Shown: positions 18,604 through 29,628, numbered from the stretch's first letter. The stretch: 64,000 nucleotides of DNA from Candidatus Heimdallarchaeum endolithica (GCA_021513715.1 CP084167.1:658117-722116); one strand, 5' to 3'. A program made the numbers and translations. The notes: generated from the sequence alone by a model not told the origin.

Positions 18604-21537
18604 ATGGCAACAAGTGGCTCCTCTTCAATTTCGGAACAACTTGATACAAATAAAAGTCTCTTAAAGCAACTGATAGAGGTGTCAAAGGAAATTGAGAAAG
18701 AAAAACAATCAAATTCTGTTGAAATTTTTTTAAAGACAATAATCAAAGATATCAAAAGAGTAGAAAATGAAACATTAGAGATTATTCCTGTTTCACATTA
18801 CTCTCTTTCTTCTGCTGTTCATGTATGGCAGAGATTATCAGAAAAAAAACCTAAGGTTATATTTCTTGAAGCACCAGAGGATTTTGAGAGAGAATTGGAA
18901 AATATAAAATATTGCACCCCTCCTGTAGCTTTTCAAGGAATATTAGTCAAAACAGAAGAAATTGACCATGTGTTCTTGCCTATTAACTCTTATACAATCG
19001 TTTCAGAAGCTTCTGCAGAATATCAAGCAATAAAATATGCTTTTGAAAACCCAGGAACAGAGCTAATTTTTGTTGATGCTCCTTGTACTAATCGTGTAAA
19101 ATGGGAGCAAAAATATCTTGCAACTAAAAAATATAAAGCAAAAAAAGAAGAGATTAATGCTAATAACTACAATTTCATTATTGGAAACACGATTCCAACA
19201 AAAAAGGAATTTCTAATCACACTTCTTGAAAAAACAAATTTCGATGATTATAGTCTTTGGTGGGAACAAGTAGCTGAAAATGCACTTTTAGATCTCTCTT
19301 ATGATAATTATAGATATGTAATGGTTTTATTAGGGAGTGTTTTTCGTCGCTCTGGTTCTGATGATAAATTAGAAATAATTAGTTCTCTAAGAGATAAATT
19401 CATGTGGAATAAAATTAAAAGTGTGATAAATTCAAAAAAACTTCAACCAGAAGACTGTGTTTTTATTTGTGGAGCAGCACATGCAATTGCAACAGTTGAA
19501 GAATGGGGAATGAAAGGAATAAAGAAAAAAAATAGACGCAGTAGAAAATCAGAATGGAAATACGGAATAAATCAAGTCGACTACAATTTAATAGATCAAA
19601 TTGCTAATAAAACTCCTGGTTCCACTTCTGAAATACATGCGAAGTGGGATGCAATAAAGAGATCTGTTTACAAAAATAAAAAAGAAGAAATAACTTTAGA
19701 ACTAGACAAGTATAATCAAGCTGTTCATGATAAAATACTCACTTGGGCTTCTGAAACAGTGAAAAAAGCGAGAAAAGCAGGTTATATTACTAGCCCTGCA
19801 GACAGTATTGCAATTGTAGAGCTTACATACGCTCTTAAAGAAATTAGAAATAGAGCACGAATCACACCACGAGAATTTATTGATGCGGCAGTTACAAGTA
19901 TTCAAAAAAACGATTTATATCTTCAACCAGTAGAGGAACTAATTGATGAATACATATTTCCTAATGTTTTAGGAAAAGTAGGGTATAAAGCCTTGCCAAG
20001 CTTGGCAAAAGATGTTTTTGATCGACTTTCTATCTTAAAAATTTCAAGAGATTCAAACAGAGTTCAAAGAGTGCTATTAGATTTAGATAAACAACCAGAA
20101 CTCAAACCTGTTTCTGATTTACTCTGGATGTTAAAACACATGAATATTAATGTTGTTCCAATTGCTGGAAAAAAAACCCTTGGAAAACATATTAAACAAG
20201 AATCATGGGATTTATACATCTACAAAAACAAAAACCCTCTGATTTGGCTTTCATTAGAAGGAATATCAGTAGAAGAAGTTTTTCGTTCCCGAATAACGAA
20301 AAAAGTGAAAAAAGATCCTTCAATTTTATCTATTTTAGAAGCTATAAAATCGGTACTTACTTATTTGAATTATAAGGATATATTATTATTCACTCTCTCT
20401 AATTTACTATTTTCTAATCTTGAAGGTATAATATTTGAAGATCAAAAAAAACTATATTCTTTAACTTTAGAGCTTTTAAACTACTTAAGAACTCTCAAAG
20501 AAGGTATCCCAAAATGGTTTATCTATTACATTGTTAGTTCTTACAGACAATATTGTCAAGAGCTAGTTAAAGCAGCAGCAGATAACTCAATCTCTGCAGA
20601 ACAGTTTTCCATGATTTTCTCTTTCATTTTCAAAATCGAAGGAATAGCCCTAACAGAAGGAGCAAGTAGAGAAGAATTAGAAATAGCAATCAAACTAACT
20701 CTTGACTTGGATGAAATTCCTGAAAATAAGAAAATTATAGCTTTAGCTGCTAATAGTTTGCTTAAGCAAGAAAATGAAAAAGAACTAAGACAAATTATAT
20801 CAAAGGTCTTCTGGAATCCACAAATTATTCAATCAGCTTCAGAAATTGTTTTAGCTTTAGTATATTCTTCAAATTTTGCTCCCAACCTAATATTTCTTTT
20901 TATAGAATTCTTAGACCAATGTTTTCGAAGATTGAGCGATAATCTTATCTCTCAGTGGTTACCACTATTGACTTCACAAATGAAAAAGTTAGATCAAAAC
21001 TATGTTATACAAATCGCTCAAATAGTCAAGAGGTATTATAATCGAGATCTCAAACAAATTGAAGTAATGAATGTTTGGTACGATGAAAGTTTATATGCCA
21101 CGATAACAGACAGAAGAGAAAGAGAAACAGAGATAGCAATTGAAACTGAAAATATTATTATATCTACTAACTTTATTCATAATTTTATTTATGCTTTTCC
21201 AGAAACACTTAACCAACTTTGCTTACTATTAGGTTTTGAACAAATAAAACAATTTCCACTATTTAGTCAATCAACTACTTCAATTAGTTCAATTGAAAAA
21301 ACAGTAGAAAAAGAGATTCCACTTATTACAAGAATTCTAATTAAGAATCCTGCAACAATAATCAATATTAAAAAAATTTTTGAGATAAAAAAAGAGTTCA
21401 CTATCACTAAACAAGATTTGGAAAAATCTAATAAAATTGACAAAGAAAAAGAAGATCTAAAGACATGTGACTCTCCATTTTCTATTTTAAAATCTCATTC
21501 TCAAACCCTTGAGAAAACTAGTGAATTATTAAGGTGA
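18604..21537 (+). CDS. Large uncharacterised protein, possibly DUF5682-like (operon gene 2)
   Basis: 977 aa; N-terminal IPVSHYS...VIFLEAPED...PPVAF resembles, from memory, the N-terminal motif of DUF5682-type proteins; otherwise alpha-helical with no catalytic motif recognised. Confidence 0.5.
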   Translation: MATSGSSSISEQLDTNKSLLKQLIEVSKEIEKEKQSNSVEIFLKTIIKDIKRVENETLEIIPVSHYSLSSAVHVWQRLSEKKPKVIFLEAPEDFERELENIKYCTPPVAFQGILVKTEEIDHVFLPINSYTIVSEASAEYQAIKYAFENPGTELIFVDAPCTNRVKWEQKYLATKKYKAKKEEINANNYNFIIGNTIPTKKEFLITLLEKTNFDDYSLWWEQVAENALLDLSYDNYRYVMVLLGSVFRRSGSDDKLEIISSLRDKFMWNKIKSVINSKKLQPEDCVFICGAAHAIATVEEWGMKGIKKKNRRSRKSEWKYGINQVDYNLIDQIANKTPGSTSEIHAKWDAIKRSVYKNKKEEITLELDKYNQAVHDKILTWASETVKKARKAGYITSPADSIAIVELTYALKEIRNRARITPREFIDAAVTSIQKNDLYLQPVEELIDEYIFPNVLGKVGYKALPSLAKDVFDRLSILKISRDSNRVQRVLLDLDKQPELKPVSDLLWMLKHMNINVVPIAGKKTLGKHIKQESWDLYIYKNKNPLIWLSLEGISVEEVFRSRITKKVKKDPSILSILEAIKSVLTYLNYKDILLFTLSNLLFSNLEGIIFEDQKKLYSLTLELLNYLRTLKEGIPKWFIYYIVSSYRQYCQELVKAAADNSISAEQFSMIFSFIFKIEGIALTEGASREELEIAIKLTLDLDEIPENKKIIALAANSLLKQENEKELRQIISKVFWNPQIIQSASEIVLALVYSSNFAPNLIFLFIEFLDQCFRRLSDNLISQWLPLLTSQMKKLDQNYVIQIAQIVKRYYNRDLKQIEVMNVWYDESLYATITDRRERETEIAIETENIIISTNFIHNFIYAFPETLNQLCLLLGFEQIKQFPLFSQSTTSISSIEKTVEKEIPLITRILIKNPATIINIKKIFEIKKEFTITKQDLEKSNKIDKEKEDLKTCDSPFSILKSHSQTLEKTSELLR

Positions 21538-21544
21538 AAAAATA

Positions 21545-22024
21545 ATGGGTAATAAAATAATAGAAGAAAAAGAAGAAAAAAACAATTTTTATCTTTCTAT
21601 TATCCCTAGAAATACACCTCCTAGAAGAAATTATAAAATCAAAAAAGTCCCTTTTATGGAGTTTAGAGATAACAAAATTCAAGGAGTAGTTTCTAGCGGA
21701 AGTAGTTTTGAACGAGTATATGTTTGTGTTATAAATCTAGAAGACAAAACATTTACATGCCACACAAACAACAATCGTCCTTGTGGAGGACTAAGAGAAA
21801 GAATGTGTAGTCACATCAAAGCTCTACTTGATGTAGCACTACGCAATCAGGAAACTGAATTACTGTTTATGCAATACGATTTTGACTTTTTTGACCCTGA
21901 TGGAAGTAGACGCTATTCTGATGTTTTTACTCGCTTTCAAGAACAATTACATTTTCTAGAAATTAAAATGGATGAGAAAGAAAATTTTCCTGAAATGAAT
22001 TGGTTTGTAGGTGATTTATCATGA
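21545..22024 (+). CDS. SWIM-like zinc-finger protein (operon gene 3)
   Basis: FTCHTNNNRPCGGLRERMCSHIKALL fits the SWIM pattern with the usual second Cys replaced by His. Confidence 0.5.
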   Translation: MGNKIIEEKEEKNNFYLSIIPRNTPPRRNYKIKKVPFMEFRDNKIQGVVSSGSSFERVYVCVINLEDKTFTCHTNNNRPCGGLRERMCSHIKALLDVALRNQETELLFMQYDFDFFDPDGSRRYSDVFTRFQEQLHFLEIKMDEKENFPEMNWFVGDLS

Positions 22025-23331
22025 ACCAAATAATTATTGAAGAAAAGACTCTTGATGAAATAAGAAAAGTTCAATCTGTTTTGCAAGAACTTAGCGAGAT
22101 CTTCATGATAGGGCTAGGTAAACTTACCAAGAAAGAAAAAGAAATTTTCGATAAAGTTAATGAAGGTTTTTCGCATACTCCTCTCTCTGAAGTTCTTGCA
22201 AATAGTTTTTCCAAACTCAAAAACTCTGATTTTTCTGAAGATGTTATTACTCCCCTTGTTTATGCTATCTTATCTCTTCAAGGAGCAATATATGATGCTT
22301 TATTCACTACTGTAGGTGAAGAAAGAACATTTACAGAAATAGGTAAAGTAGAATATTACGATTTTTCACAAGAAAAAGCTGTTCTTATGGAAAATATAAG
22401 AAAATGGTTAATTAGCTTACTCATTAGCGGATTTAAAGATTTACAACTAGATAATATAGATTCGTTTTCCTCTGTGCTTGAAACAATTTCCTCATATCCT
22501 GAATTAACCCGATTAAATGTCTTGTTGCGAGGATTAATCTGCGATTTTAAATTTACACAGAATAAAAAAGAACTAAAAAAATATGCTATTCGATTTCTGG
22601 ATCTTTGGACAAAAAGTTATTTTCTCACTTTAATGGAAATAAAAACTAAAAATAAACGAATTGAAAATGCTAAATTCTATCCCATAGCCTATCAACACTT
22701 CATCCACGAACAATTCTTTGTAGGAATAATTAGAGGAATTGTACAAACAAAGGATAACAGTCTATTTGTTAATTTAGAATTTCCTAGTTTTGTATCACCT
22801 CTTATTCCATCAAAAGAGTTTTACAGCTTAATCTATAAAAACAATGAAGAACTTTTTACTGCTCTTAAGCAATCCAAGGTTGTGATTATTGAAGAAGCTT
22901 CTCTAAGTCCTCAAGGAGTAATGCACATAGAAAAATTTACAGTTTCTGATAAATCATTCAATATTAAAGAAGTTTATGAGAATACAAATAATTTCAAAGA
23001 TATCTATTTAATAAAAAAACCTTCTTTGGATAGACATCATGTACATTACTTTCTACCATTTTTTATCGAAGAAAAACTGCCAAAATTGAGTACCACAGAG
23101 GACACTAAAATTAAATTTAGAAACAATAAATTCAAAAAAAATTCAAAACATTTTAAAAAACCTAAATTTGTTGAACTTCGTTACGATAACGATTTCTATT
23201 GGAATATAATTCAATTTTATTTACCAAAGTTTCCAGAAGAAATTTTGTATTTTGAAACAAAAAATATCAAAATTAAAACAGAAACTTATGAGCTTATGAA
23301 AGAAAAAAGTAGTAAAATACTTAGGAAGTGA
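22021..23331 (+). CDS. Uncharacterised protein (operon gene 4)
   Basis: 436 aa; 4-bp overlap with the SWIM gene; no motif recognised. Confidence 0.5.
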   Translation: MNQIIIEEKTLDEIRKVQSVLQELSEIFMIGLGKLTKKEKEIFDKVNEGFSHTPLSEVLANSFSKLKNSDFSEDVITPLVYAILSLQGAIYDALFTTVGEERTFTEIGKVEYYDFSQEKAVLMENIRKWLISLLISGFKDLQLDNIDSFSSVLETISSYPELTRLNVLLRGLICDFKFTQNKKELKKYAIRFLDLWTKSYFLTLMEIKTKNKRIENAKFYPIAYQHFIHEQFFVGIIRGIVQTKDNSLFVNLEFPSFVSPLIPSKEFYSLIYKNNEELFTALKQSKVVIIEEASLSPQGVMHIEKFTVSDKSFNIKEVYENTNNFKDIYLIKKPSLDRHHVHYFLPFFIEEKLPKLSTTEDTKIKFRNNKFKKNSKHFKKPKFVELRYDNDFYWNIIQFYLPKFPEEILYFETKNIKIKTETYELMKEKSSKILRK

Positions 23332-23335
23332 ATAA

Positions 23336-24946
23336 ATGTCTTTAAAGAGCCATAATATAAAAGCTGCAACATATTGGAATACACTATTAAGTTCGATTAA
23401 CAGCAAAAATAAATTAGAAAATATTATCCCTAAACTTTGCAAAGAAAACGGGCTTCCTCAAAACTTTCTAGAACAAAACTTTGATTTTAAAGATCTTACT
23501 CTTCCTGAAGAAAAACAATCAGAAGAAATTCAACAATTTCAAAAGCTTCTTGAAGAAAAACGAATAGATTTCAAGAATTCTTCTCTAAATCAAATTATTA
23601 AGCAAATTATGACGATGAGAGAAGAACAAAATCCAGAGGATAAAAAAACAAGTTCTTCCTCTTCCAACTTTACGAATCTTCAACGTCTTGTTTTTTCTAA
23701 AGTATTTCAAGAAATTTTTCAACCTGTACAAAAATCTAAAGTAACAGCAAATGATTTTTCAGAATGGAAAGAAAATAAACAACTTTGTCAAGAAGCATTC
23801 GAAGAAATTACTCAAATAGAAGTAGAATTAGAAAAACAAAAACATTCAAAGAAAGATTTGGAAACAACGATTGATGATATTTCACTTTCTGAAAAAGAAA
23901 AAGAAAAATTAACTGATGAATCACCTATTCCTCTAATTGAAGGAGAAAAAGCCAAAGTTTCATCTAAAAAAGGAAAAGGAAAACAAAAGTCTTTAGAGAA
24001 ATCACCTATTGGAGGAACAGAAAAAGGGCAAGGTTTTTTTGTCGATAGAAGAGAGTTGGAAGAAGTTTTTGATCTTATTGAGAATGAAATGATTTCAAAG
24101 ATGAAAATCATTGAATTATTACAAGACGATGAATTGGCAAAAAAAGTCAGTCCTTCAATAGGTATAGTTGAACAACTTCTTCATTTAAAAAAGAGTTTAC
24201 CTGCTTCTGCCATGACAAATGCTAAAATGATTATAAAAAAATATGTACGAGAAGTATCAGATCTATTTAAAACCAGATTTGATAAATCGATCAAAAAAGT
24301 ACCGAATCCTGATATTGTGCCAAAGAAAGTTTTTAGAAATCTAGATCTTCAAAGAACAATCTGGAAGAATTTGCCAAATTATGACATACAAGAAAGAAAA
24401 TTGTACGTAGACCGACTCTATTATCATCGTGCAGGAAAAAAAGAATTACCCTCTAAAGTAGTGATAGTAGTTGACCAAAGCGGTTCAATGGTAGAAGCAA
24501 TGGTACAAACTGTCATTCTTGCATCAATATTTGCTCAGTTACCTAAAGTAAATGTAGATTTGCTAGCTTTTGACACAAAAGTAATTGATCTAACAAAATA
24601 TGTTAATGATCCCTTAGAAGCTTTATTAAAAACTAATCTAGGAGGAGGAACATCAATAACTTATGCTTTAAAGGAAGCACAAAAGAAAATACAAAATCCA
24701 TCAAAAACAGCTCTAGTATTGATCACTGATTATTATGAAGGAGGAAACGCATATGAAAAACTGTTTAATACAATTAAAGATATCAAAGATAATGGAACGA
24801 AATTCATTTCTATTGCTTCTATGACAAGAAAAGGTTATGTCGACGTCAATAGTAATTTTGTACATGCGTTAAAGAAAGAAGGAATAGAGACAATTATGGG
24901 AAATTTCGACAGATTAATAGAGTTGTTAAGAAAATATCTGTTGTAA
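23336..24946 (+). CDS. vWA-domain protein with complete MIDAS motif (operon gene 5)
   Basis: C-terminal vWA fold with DQSGS ... GGGTS ... ITDYYEG; acidic/lysine-rich coiled N-terminal half. Confidence 0.7.
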   Translation: MSLKSHNIKAATYWNTLLSSINSKNKLENIIPKLCKENGLPQNFLEQNFDFKDLTLPEEKQSEEIQQFQKLLEEKRIDFKNSSLNQIIKQIMTMREEQNPEDKKTSSSSSNFTNLQRLVFSKVFQEIFQPVQKSKVTANDFSEWKENKQLCQEAFEEITQIEVELEKQKHSKKDLETTIDDISLSEKEKEKLTDESPIPLIEGEKAKVSSKKGKGKQKSLEKSPIGGTEKGQGFFVDRRELEEVFDLIENEMISKMKIIELLQDDELAKKVSPSIGIVEQLLHLKKSLPASAMTNAKMIIKKYVREVSDLFKTRFDKSIKKVPNPDIVPKKVFRNLDLQRTIWKNLPNYDIQERKLYVDRLYYHRAGKKELPSKVVIVVDQSGSMVEAMVQTVILASIFAQLPKVNVDLLAFDTKVIDLTKYVNDPLEALLKTNLGGGTSITYALKEAQKKIQNPSKTALVLITDYYEGGNAYEKLFNTIKDIKDNGTKFISIASMTRKGYVDVNSNFVHALKKEGIETIMGNFDRLIELLRKYLL

Positions 24947-25058
24947 ATTGAGTTTGCAAACGTTCTCTTTTTTTGTTCAATTTATAATAAAGAAAAATCA
25001 ATAACATTTCTTTTTTCATTCTAACAACTTTAAATAATACCTTTTTTCGCACAATTCT

Positions 25059-25433
25059 ATGAAAGATCTTGATGAATTTAAAAAATTCAGACAAAAAATG
25101 AATGAAAAAATCTTTTTCTATGGAAACAAGCAAATAAACAGATTTTTCTCTTTAGACTCTCAATCTTATCGCGAAGGAGCTTTAACTGAAAAAGTGAAAG
25201 AACTTTTAGGTTTAGCTACATCTACTGTTTTAAGATGTGAAGATTGTATTACATATCATATTATTCGTGCTGTTCAAGTTGGATGTTCAGACGAAGAGAT
25301 AATAGAAACACTAGAAATAGCTTTGATCGTTGGAGGTTCAATAGTTATACCTGAACTACGAAGAGCAGTATCTACGTTAGAAGAACTAAGAGAAAGACAA
25401 AAGAAAGGAATAAACATTGATGAACTTGTTTAA
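25059..25433 (+). CDS. Carboxymuconolactone decarboxylase (CMD/AhpD-like) family protein
   Basis: RCEDCITYH motif in a 124-aa helical protein. Confidence 0.6.
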   Translation: MKDLDEFKKFRQKMNEKIFFYGNKQINRFFSLDSQSYREGALTEKVKELLGLATSTVLRCEDCITYHIIRAVQVGCSDEEIIETLEIALIVGGSIVIPELRRAVSTLEELRERQKKGINIDELV

Positions 25434-25501
25434 TAATTTTCCATTTTTTGTCTAATTTCTTTTGTTAAAATTAAGAACAATACAAGTAATAGTAGCTTTA
25501 G

Positions 25502-26032
25502 TTAACTATAAGTTTTTAACTTATCTAACTCTTGATGTAACAAAGTTTTAGCTTCTAGATTTTTTGAATTGATTCTTAAAGCTTTTTGAAAACATCTAAT
25601 AGCTTCTTCTCCAGCAAGAACTTTACCCAGGCTTATCCAATCGCTCTCAGATTGGGGTTTTTGGTCACCTAACACGAATTTTAAACCTTCTTGAGGTTTA
25701 CCAAAATCAACAAAGACTACATGTTGTTGGATAAGTCCTGTAGATTGGACATTAGGTAATATTGTTTTCAGCAGTGTTTCTTTGTAAGTTGGCTCTTGAT
25801 GTTTCTTAGAAACTAACCAATACCACTCAGTGACTTCATCTTTTATCTTAGTAACTAGAATATGAGATTTGTATTTTACTTCAGTTTTGCATTTTGGGCA
25901 CTTGTAGACATTTATTTTTCCATTCAAGATCTGCTTTAATCTAAATGGTTCCTCGTTCAAATTTATAGATGAGCAAGCTCGAATTTCAAACTCTTTCGAG
26001 CAATTTGGACAAATGATAACCTCTTTTTCCAT
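25502..26032 (-). CDS. CpXC-like zinc-ribbon protein with helical C-terminus
   Basis: CPNC ... CPKC pairs at the N-terminus. Confidence 0.4.
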   Translation of the reverse strand: MEKEVIICPNCSKEFEIRACSSINLNEEPFRLKQILNGKINVYKCPKCKTEVKYKSHILVTKIKDEVTEWYWLVSKKHQEPTYKETLLKTILPNVQSTGLIQQHVVFVDFGKPQEGLKFVLGDQKPQSESDWISLGKVLAGEEAIRCFQKALRINSKNLEAKTLLHQELDKLKTYS

Positions 26033-26390
26033 TGAGCCCCCCTTTTTCAGACTCTAAATATAACATATATAGATTAAGTTTATAAATCTACTTATTTACA
26101 AAAAACCAGTTAGTTTATTGCAAAAATATGGCTTCTTAAGACTTATAGCAGCCATATTTTAAATTTGATATCTTTCTTTTGTCTATTTTTTCTTCGACAG
26201 AAAAAAAAAATGTCTATATTTTTCATAGACACATTTTTTTCTCACATTTTTTTCTCACATTTTTTTCAAAGAGTAATTACGCATTTGATTACCATTTTTG
26301 TATTTTAAATATGTATTAAGTTTTCTTGAAATAAAAAACAATATTTCTGTTACAGAAAAAATCTTTTTATACTGAAAAGTCTCTTTTAAA

Positions 26391-27020
26391 ATGAATTCAA
26401 TGATTCCGCGAACTTCAATGCTCAAACCTAAATTAATTAAGAAGATGATGGCAGAAAGCGAAAAAAAAATCAGAGTCGAAAAAGAATCTATTAATGCTAT
26501 TAATGTTTTTCCTGTTCCAGATGGAGATACAGGAGCTAATATGTATTTTACTATAAAGAAAATTGTTGAAGAAGTTCAAAATGTTACTGATGAAGAAAAA
26601 ATTCTTTCAGCTATCAACAGAGGAGCTTTTTTAGGTGCTAAAGGCAACTCTGGTGTAATCTATTCTCAATTTTTAATAGGTGTAGTTGAAAGTCTTGAAG
26701 AACAACAAAAAATAACTATCTCTTCTTTCTCTAAAGGATTTGCTCAAGGAGTAGAATATGCTTACGATGCAGTTATGAACCCTGTTGAAGGAACAATATT
26801 GACAGTGATTAGAAAAGTATCTGAAAAAGCAGCTGAAATAGCTGACAGAAATGAAGAAATTGGTTGGATAGAGTTTTTTGATGCTTTAATAGAAACAGCT
26901 TACAAGGCTCTAAAAGAAACACAAGATCAACTTGAAGTATTAAAAGATGCAGGAGTAGTAGATGCAGGTGCAAAAGGTTTTGTTCATATACTAGAATCAT
27001 GGAGAAAAGCTTTAGAGTAA
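26391..27020 (+). CDS. DAK2-domain protein (DhaL-like)
   Basis: DGDTGANM signature and GAKGNSG loop. Confidence 0.6.
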   Translation: MNSMIPRTSMLKPKLIKKMMAESEKKIRVEKESINAINVFPVPDGDTGANMYFTIKKIVEEVQNVTDEEKILSAINRGAFLGAKGNSGVIYSQFLIGVVESLEEQQKITISSFSKGFAQGVEYAYDAVMNPVEGTILTVIRKVSEKAAEIADRNEEIGWIEFFDALIETAYKALKETQDQLEVLKDAGVVDAGAKGFVHILESWRKALE

Positions 27021-27088
27021 CAAAATTTACTAAAATAATGTCTTTTTATTTAATTACCTTTAAATAATATTAACATCCTTTTTTTGAT

Positions 27089-28414
27089 ATGACTACTTCC
27101 GAGGAGTCAATACCAAGTGATAAATTTCTGAACATAGAAAAAAATAAGATAGCAAATGAAGAGATATATAAAGAAACAGATAAGGAAAAAGTAATTATAA
27201 CCCCCAAAACAATGAAAAAAAGGAGTAAATTAGATTTATATTACTTTAGCACTGAAATAATACTTATGATTGCAGGTATTGTTATACTATTTTTAGTTTC
27301 AATTAAACCTTCTCTTTTCTTTGAGCATGATTTGATAATAAATAGAGATGAGTATGGAACAGTAATTAGCACATATATGTATTTTGGTGATTTATCCCCA
27401 TTGGCATTAGGACTTACAGCTGTATGTTTGATGTTTCCTCTGTTAAACAACTATCTGTACATTTTTGTACTAGAAAGTGAAAAAAGGTTAAAAGCTTACA
27501 TAATTCGAGCTGCCATAAATGCAATAGCTTTTGCAGTAATACTAGCCATAAATGCAAATGGAATTTATTTTGACAATAATTATTCACTTGCTGTTTTTAT
27601 TGCTTTCTATACTCTTTTTGGGGACTTTTACTTAAGAACACTTTTATTATTTACAAGGAAGCAATCTAAAAGCATTTTATTCAGCAAACTAGAGTCAGCT
27701 TCACCAGCAGAAATAGAATGGAAAAAATACAACAAAATTTCAGGTTACCTAGCTTTAATTTTAGGAATATTCATGCTGCAATTTATCTGGTTGATTTACC
27801 ATCTTGTAATTAGGCCTGTAAAAATTAACAGAACTAAGGATCAACTAATCATTGAATTTTTGGAATTTGGTCAAGAGGTAAATTGTAGTAAAATTGCCCT
27901 AGAATTAGCTATATCATTGGAAGAAACAATTTATAGAATAAAGAGGCTAGTATTTAAAGAGCAAATAACTGGAGAGTTTACCCGTTATGGGTTTATTTTA
28001 CATGAGATAAAAAATCCAAAATGGTTCTCAAATAAAGTATCAGAGAAATACGAATTGTTTATGCTAACTGTGGAAATGTCGGAAAAAGAAAAGCATGTTA
28101 ACAGATTCTTTGATATTGCAGAAAGAAAAAAGATGAACGTAGACGAGTTAAGAAGAATTTTTAAGATAAAAGAAGACTATATTATAAGAGATTTCATTTT
28201 GTTACTACCTCCTAATACAGTTAAATTAAAACGGAATATAGTATCAGGAAAACAGTTTATACTCTTTAACTACGAGCTAATCTTAATGAAAAGAAAGCAA
28301 ATAAAAGAGAGCTTGCTCTATCATTTTGACGAAGTATTCAAACTGAAAATTGCTGATAAAACTCTTACAAAAACAAAAGCAAAAGCAAAAACAAAAGCAA
28401 AAGAAAAAAAATAA
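27089..28414 (+). CDS. Membrane protein with cytoplasmic winged-helix-like domain
   Basis: N-terminal TM helices; central region with HTH-like pattern; lysine-rich C-terminal tail. Confidence 0.4.
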   Translation: MTTSEESIPSDKFLNIEKNKIANEEIYKETDKEKVIITPKTMKKRSKLDLYYFSTEIILMIAGIVILFLVSIKPSLFFEHDLIINRDEYGTVISTYMYFGDLSPLALGLTAVCLMFPLLNNYLYIFVLESEKRLKAYIIRAAINAIAFAVILAINANGIYFDNNYSLAVFIAFYTLFGDFYLRTLLLFTRKQSKSILFSKLESASPAEIEWKKYNKISGYLALILGIFMLQFIWLIYHLVIRPVKINRTKDQLIIEFLEFGQEVNCSKIALELAISLEETIYRIKRLVFKEQITGEFTRYGFILHEIKNPKWFSNKVSEKYELFMLTVEMSEKEKHVNRFFDIAERKKMNVDELRRIFKIKEDYIIRDFILLLPPNTVKLKRNIVSGKQFILFNYELILMKRKQIKESLLYHFDEVFKLKIADKTLTKTKAKAKTKAKEKK

Positions 28415-28557
28415 TCTTTAGTTTTTTTTCTTCTTTTAATATCTCTCTTATATGCTTTACTTACTTATAATTGAACATTTAGTAAATTTGAACATTTTCT
28501 ACTACCCTTTGTGATTTTTAGAGAAAATTTATTTAGTAGCGTGACAATCAATTTTCT

Positions 28558-29628
28558 ATGATATGGCTTTCTTTATTTTATTCAATTCTCTCCTTGGTAA
28601 TCCTAATTGCTTTTCTTGCAGTTATTATTATAAAACAACTTGAACTTCGATGTACAGCTGTTTATTTTCTAATAATCGTTATTGTTTCAATTATTGGATG
28701 GGTTTTAGGAGATATGTTACAGATAGTTTTTAGTAGTTTGGAAAATAGAGGATTAGTGCTTATATTTTCTCGTTTAGCAACAATAAGTAGTATGATTGCT
28801 ATGATTAGTACAGTTTTATTTGCAAGAGTCTTAACTGCTAGACAAACATTAAACTCTACAACTGTAATTATTGCATTTGTTATGTTTAGTGCTGTTGTTG
28901 CACTAACTTTAAGCTCAAGCTATAGAGTAATTGACCCACCAAAGGAAGTTGAGTTTTATAAAACAGAAGCAGAACTCTTATGGGTTATATTAGACGGAGG
29001 TATGGTGATTTTTGCCGGTTCCATTTTCCTCTACTATCTTGTTAGACAAAGAAAAATAGTACAAAACAAGTATTTACCAGTTTTGACTTTAATGAGCGTG
29101 GGAGTAATCATTGCTTTCTACGTAAGTACCATCCTTTACACAATTTATGCAATATGGTTTATAGTTCCTTTATTGCATTTAGAACTAGTAAGTGCAAGTA
29201 TAGGGGCATTAATTATAGGAATCGCTATGATTAAAGGAGGAAAAGAAGCAATCTATTATTCTTCTAGAGTTTTTTCACTACATATTTTTGATGATGTGGG
29301 AATAAGCTACTATGCTAGTGTATTTCAGTCAGGATATATTGTGGATGAACAACTGATCTCAGGAATAGCCTCTGCGATTATAAGCTTTGCAAAAGAGCTA
29401 GTAGGAAAAGATGTTTTTCCAAGAGAAATAGATTTAGATGACTACTCACTCTTACTAGCTAAAAAAGAGAATACCATAATCCTAATTAGTGTTGAATACC
29501 CAACAGCTCACTTAAGACAAACTATGAACAATATTATTGAAAACTTTAGGATGGATATGAGTGATGATGAAATAGGGGAACTTGTTGAAAATTACATTTG
29601 TTTTGAACCAAGAAAACTAGTGCATTAA
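28558..29628 (+). CDS. Polytopic membrane protein with C-terminal roadblock/LC7-like domain
   Basis: About 7 TM helices, then a C-terminal domain (GISYYASVF...LISGIASAIISFAKELVGK...ILISVEY) that aligns with the C-terminus of the 53976-55976 protein and with MglB-type roadblock domains. Confidence 0.45.
   Translation: MIWLSLFYSILSLVILIAFLAVIIIKQLELRCTAVYFLIIVIVSIIGWVLGDMLQIVFSSLENRGLVLIFSRLATISSMIAMISTVLFARVLTARQTLNSTTVIIAFVMFSAVVALTLSSSYRVIDPPKEVEFYKTEAELLWVILDGGMVIFAGSIFLYYLVRQRKIVQNKYLPVLTLMSVGVIIAFYVSTILYTIYAIWFIVPLLHLELVSASIGALIIGIAMIKGGKEAIYYSSRVFSLHIFDDVGISYYASVFQSGYIVDEQLISGIASAIISFAKELVGKDVFPREIDLDDYSLLLAKKENTIILISVEYPTAHLRQTMNNIIENFRMDMSDDEIGELVENYICFEPRKLVH

Noticed and set aside
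26230-26270. Short tandem duplication TTCTCACATTTTTTT x2 in an intergenic region
   Set aside because: Only two copies in AT-rich intergenic DNA; too short to call a functional repeat or CRISPR.
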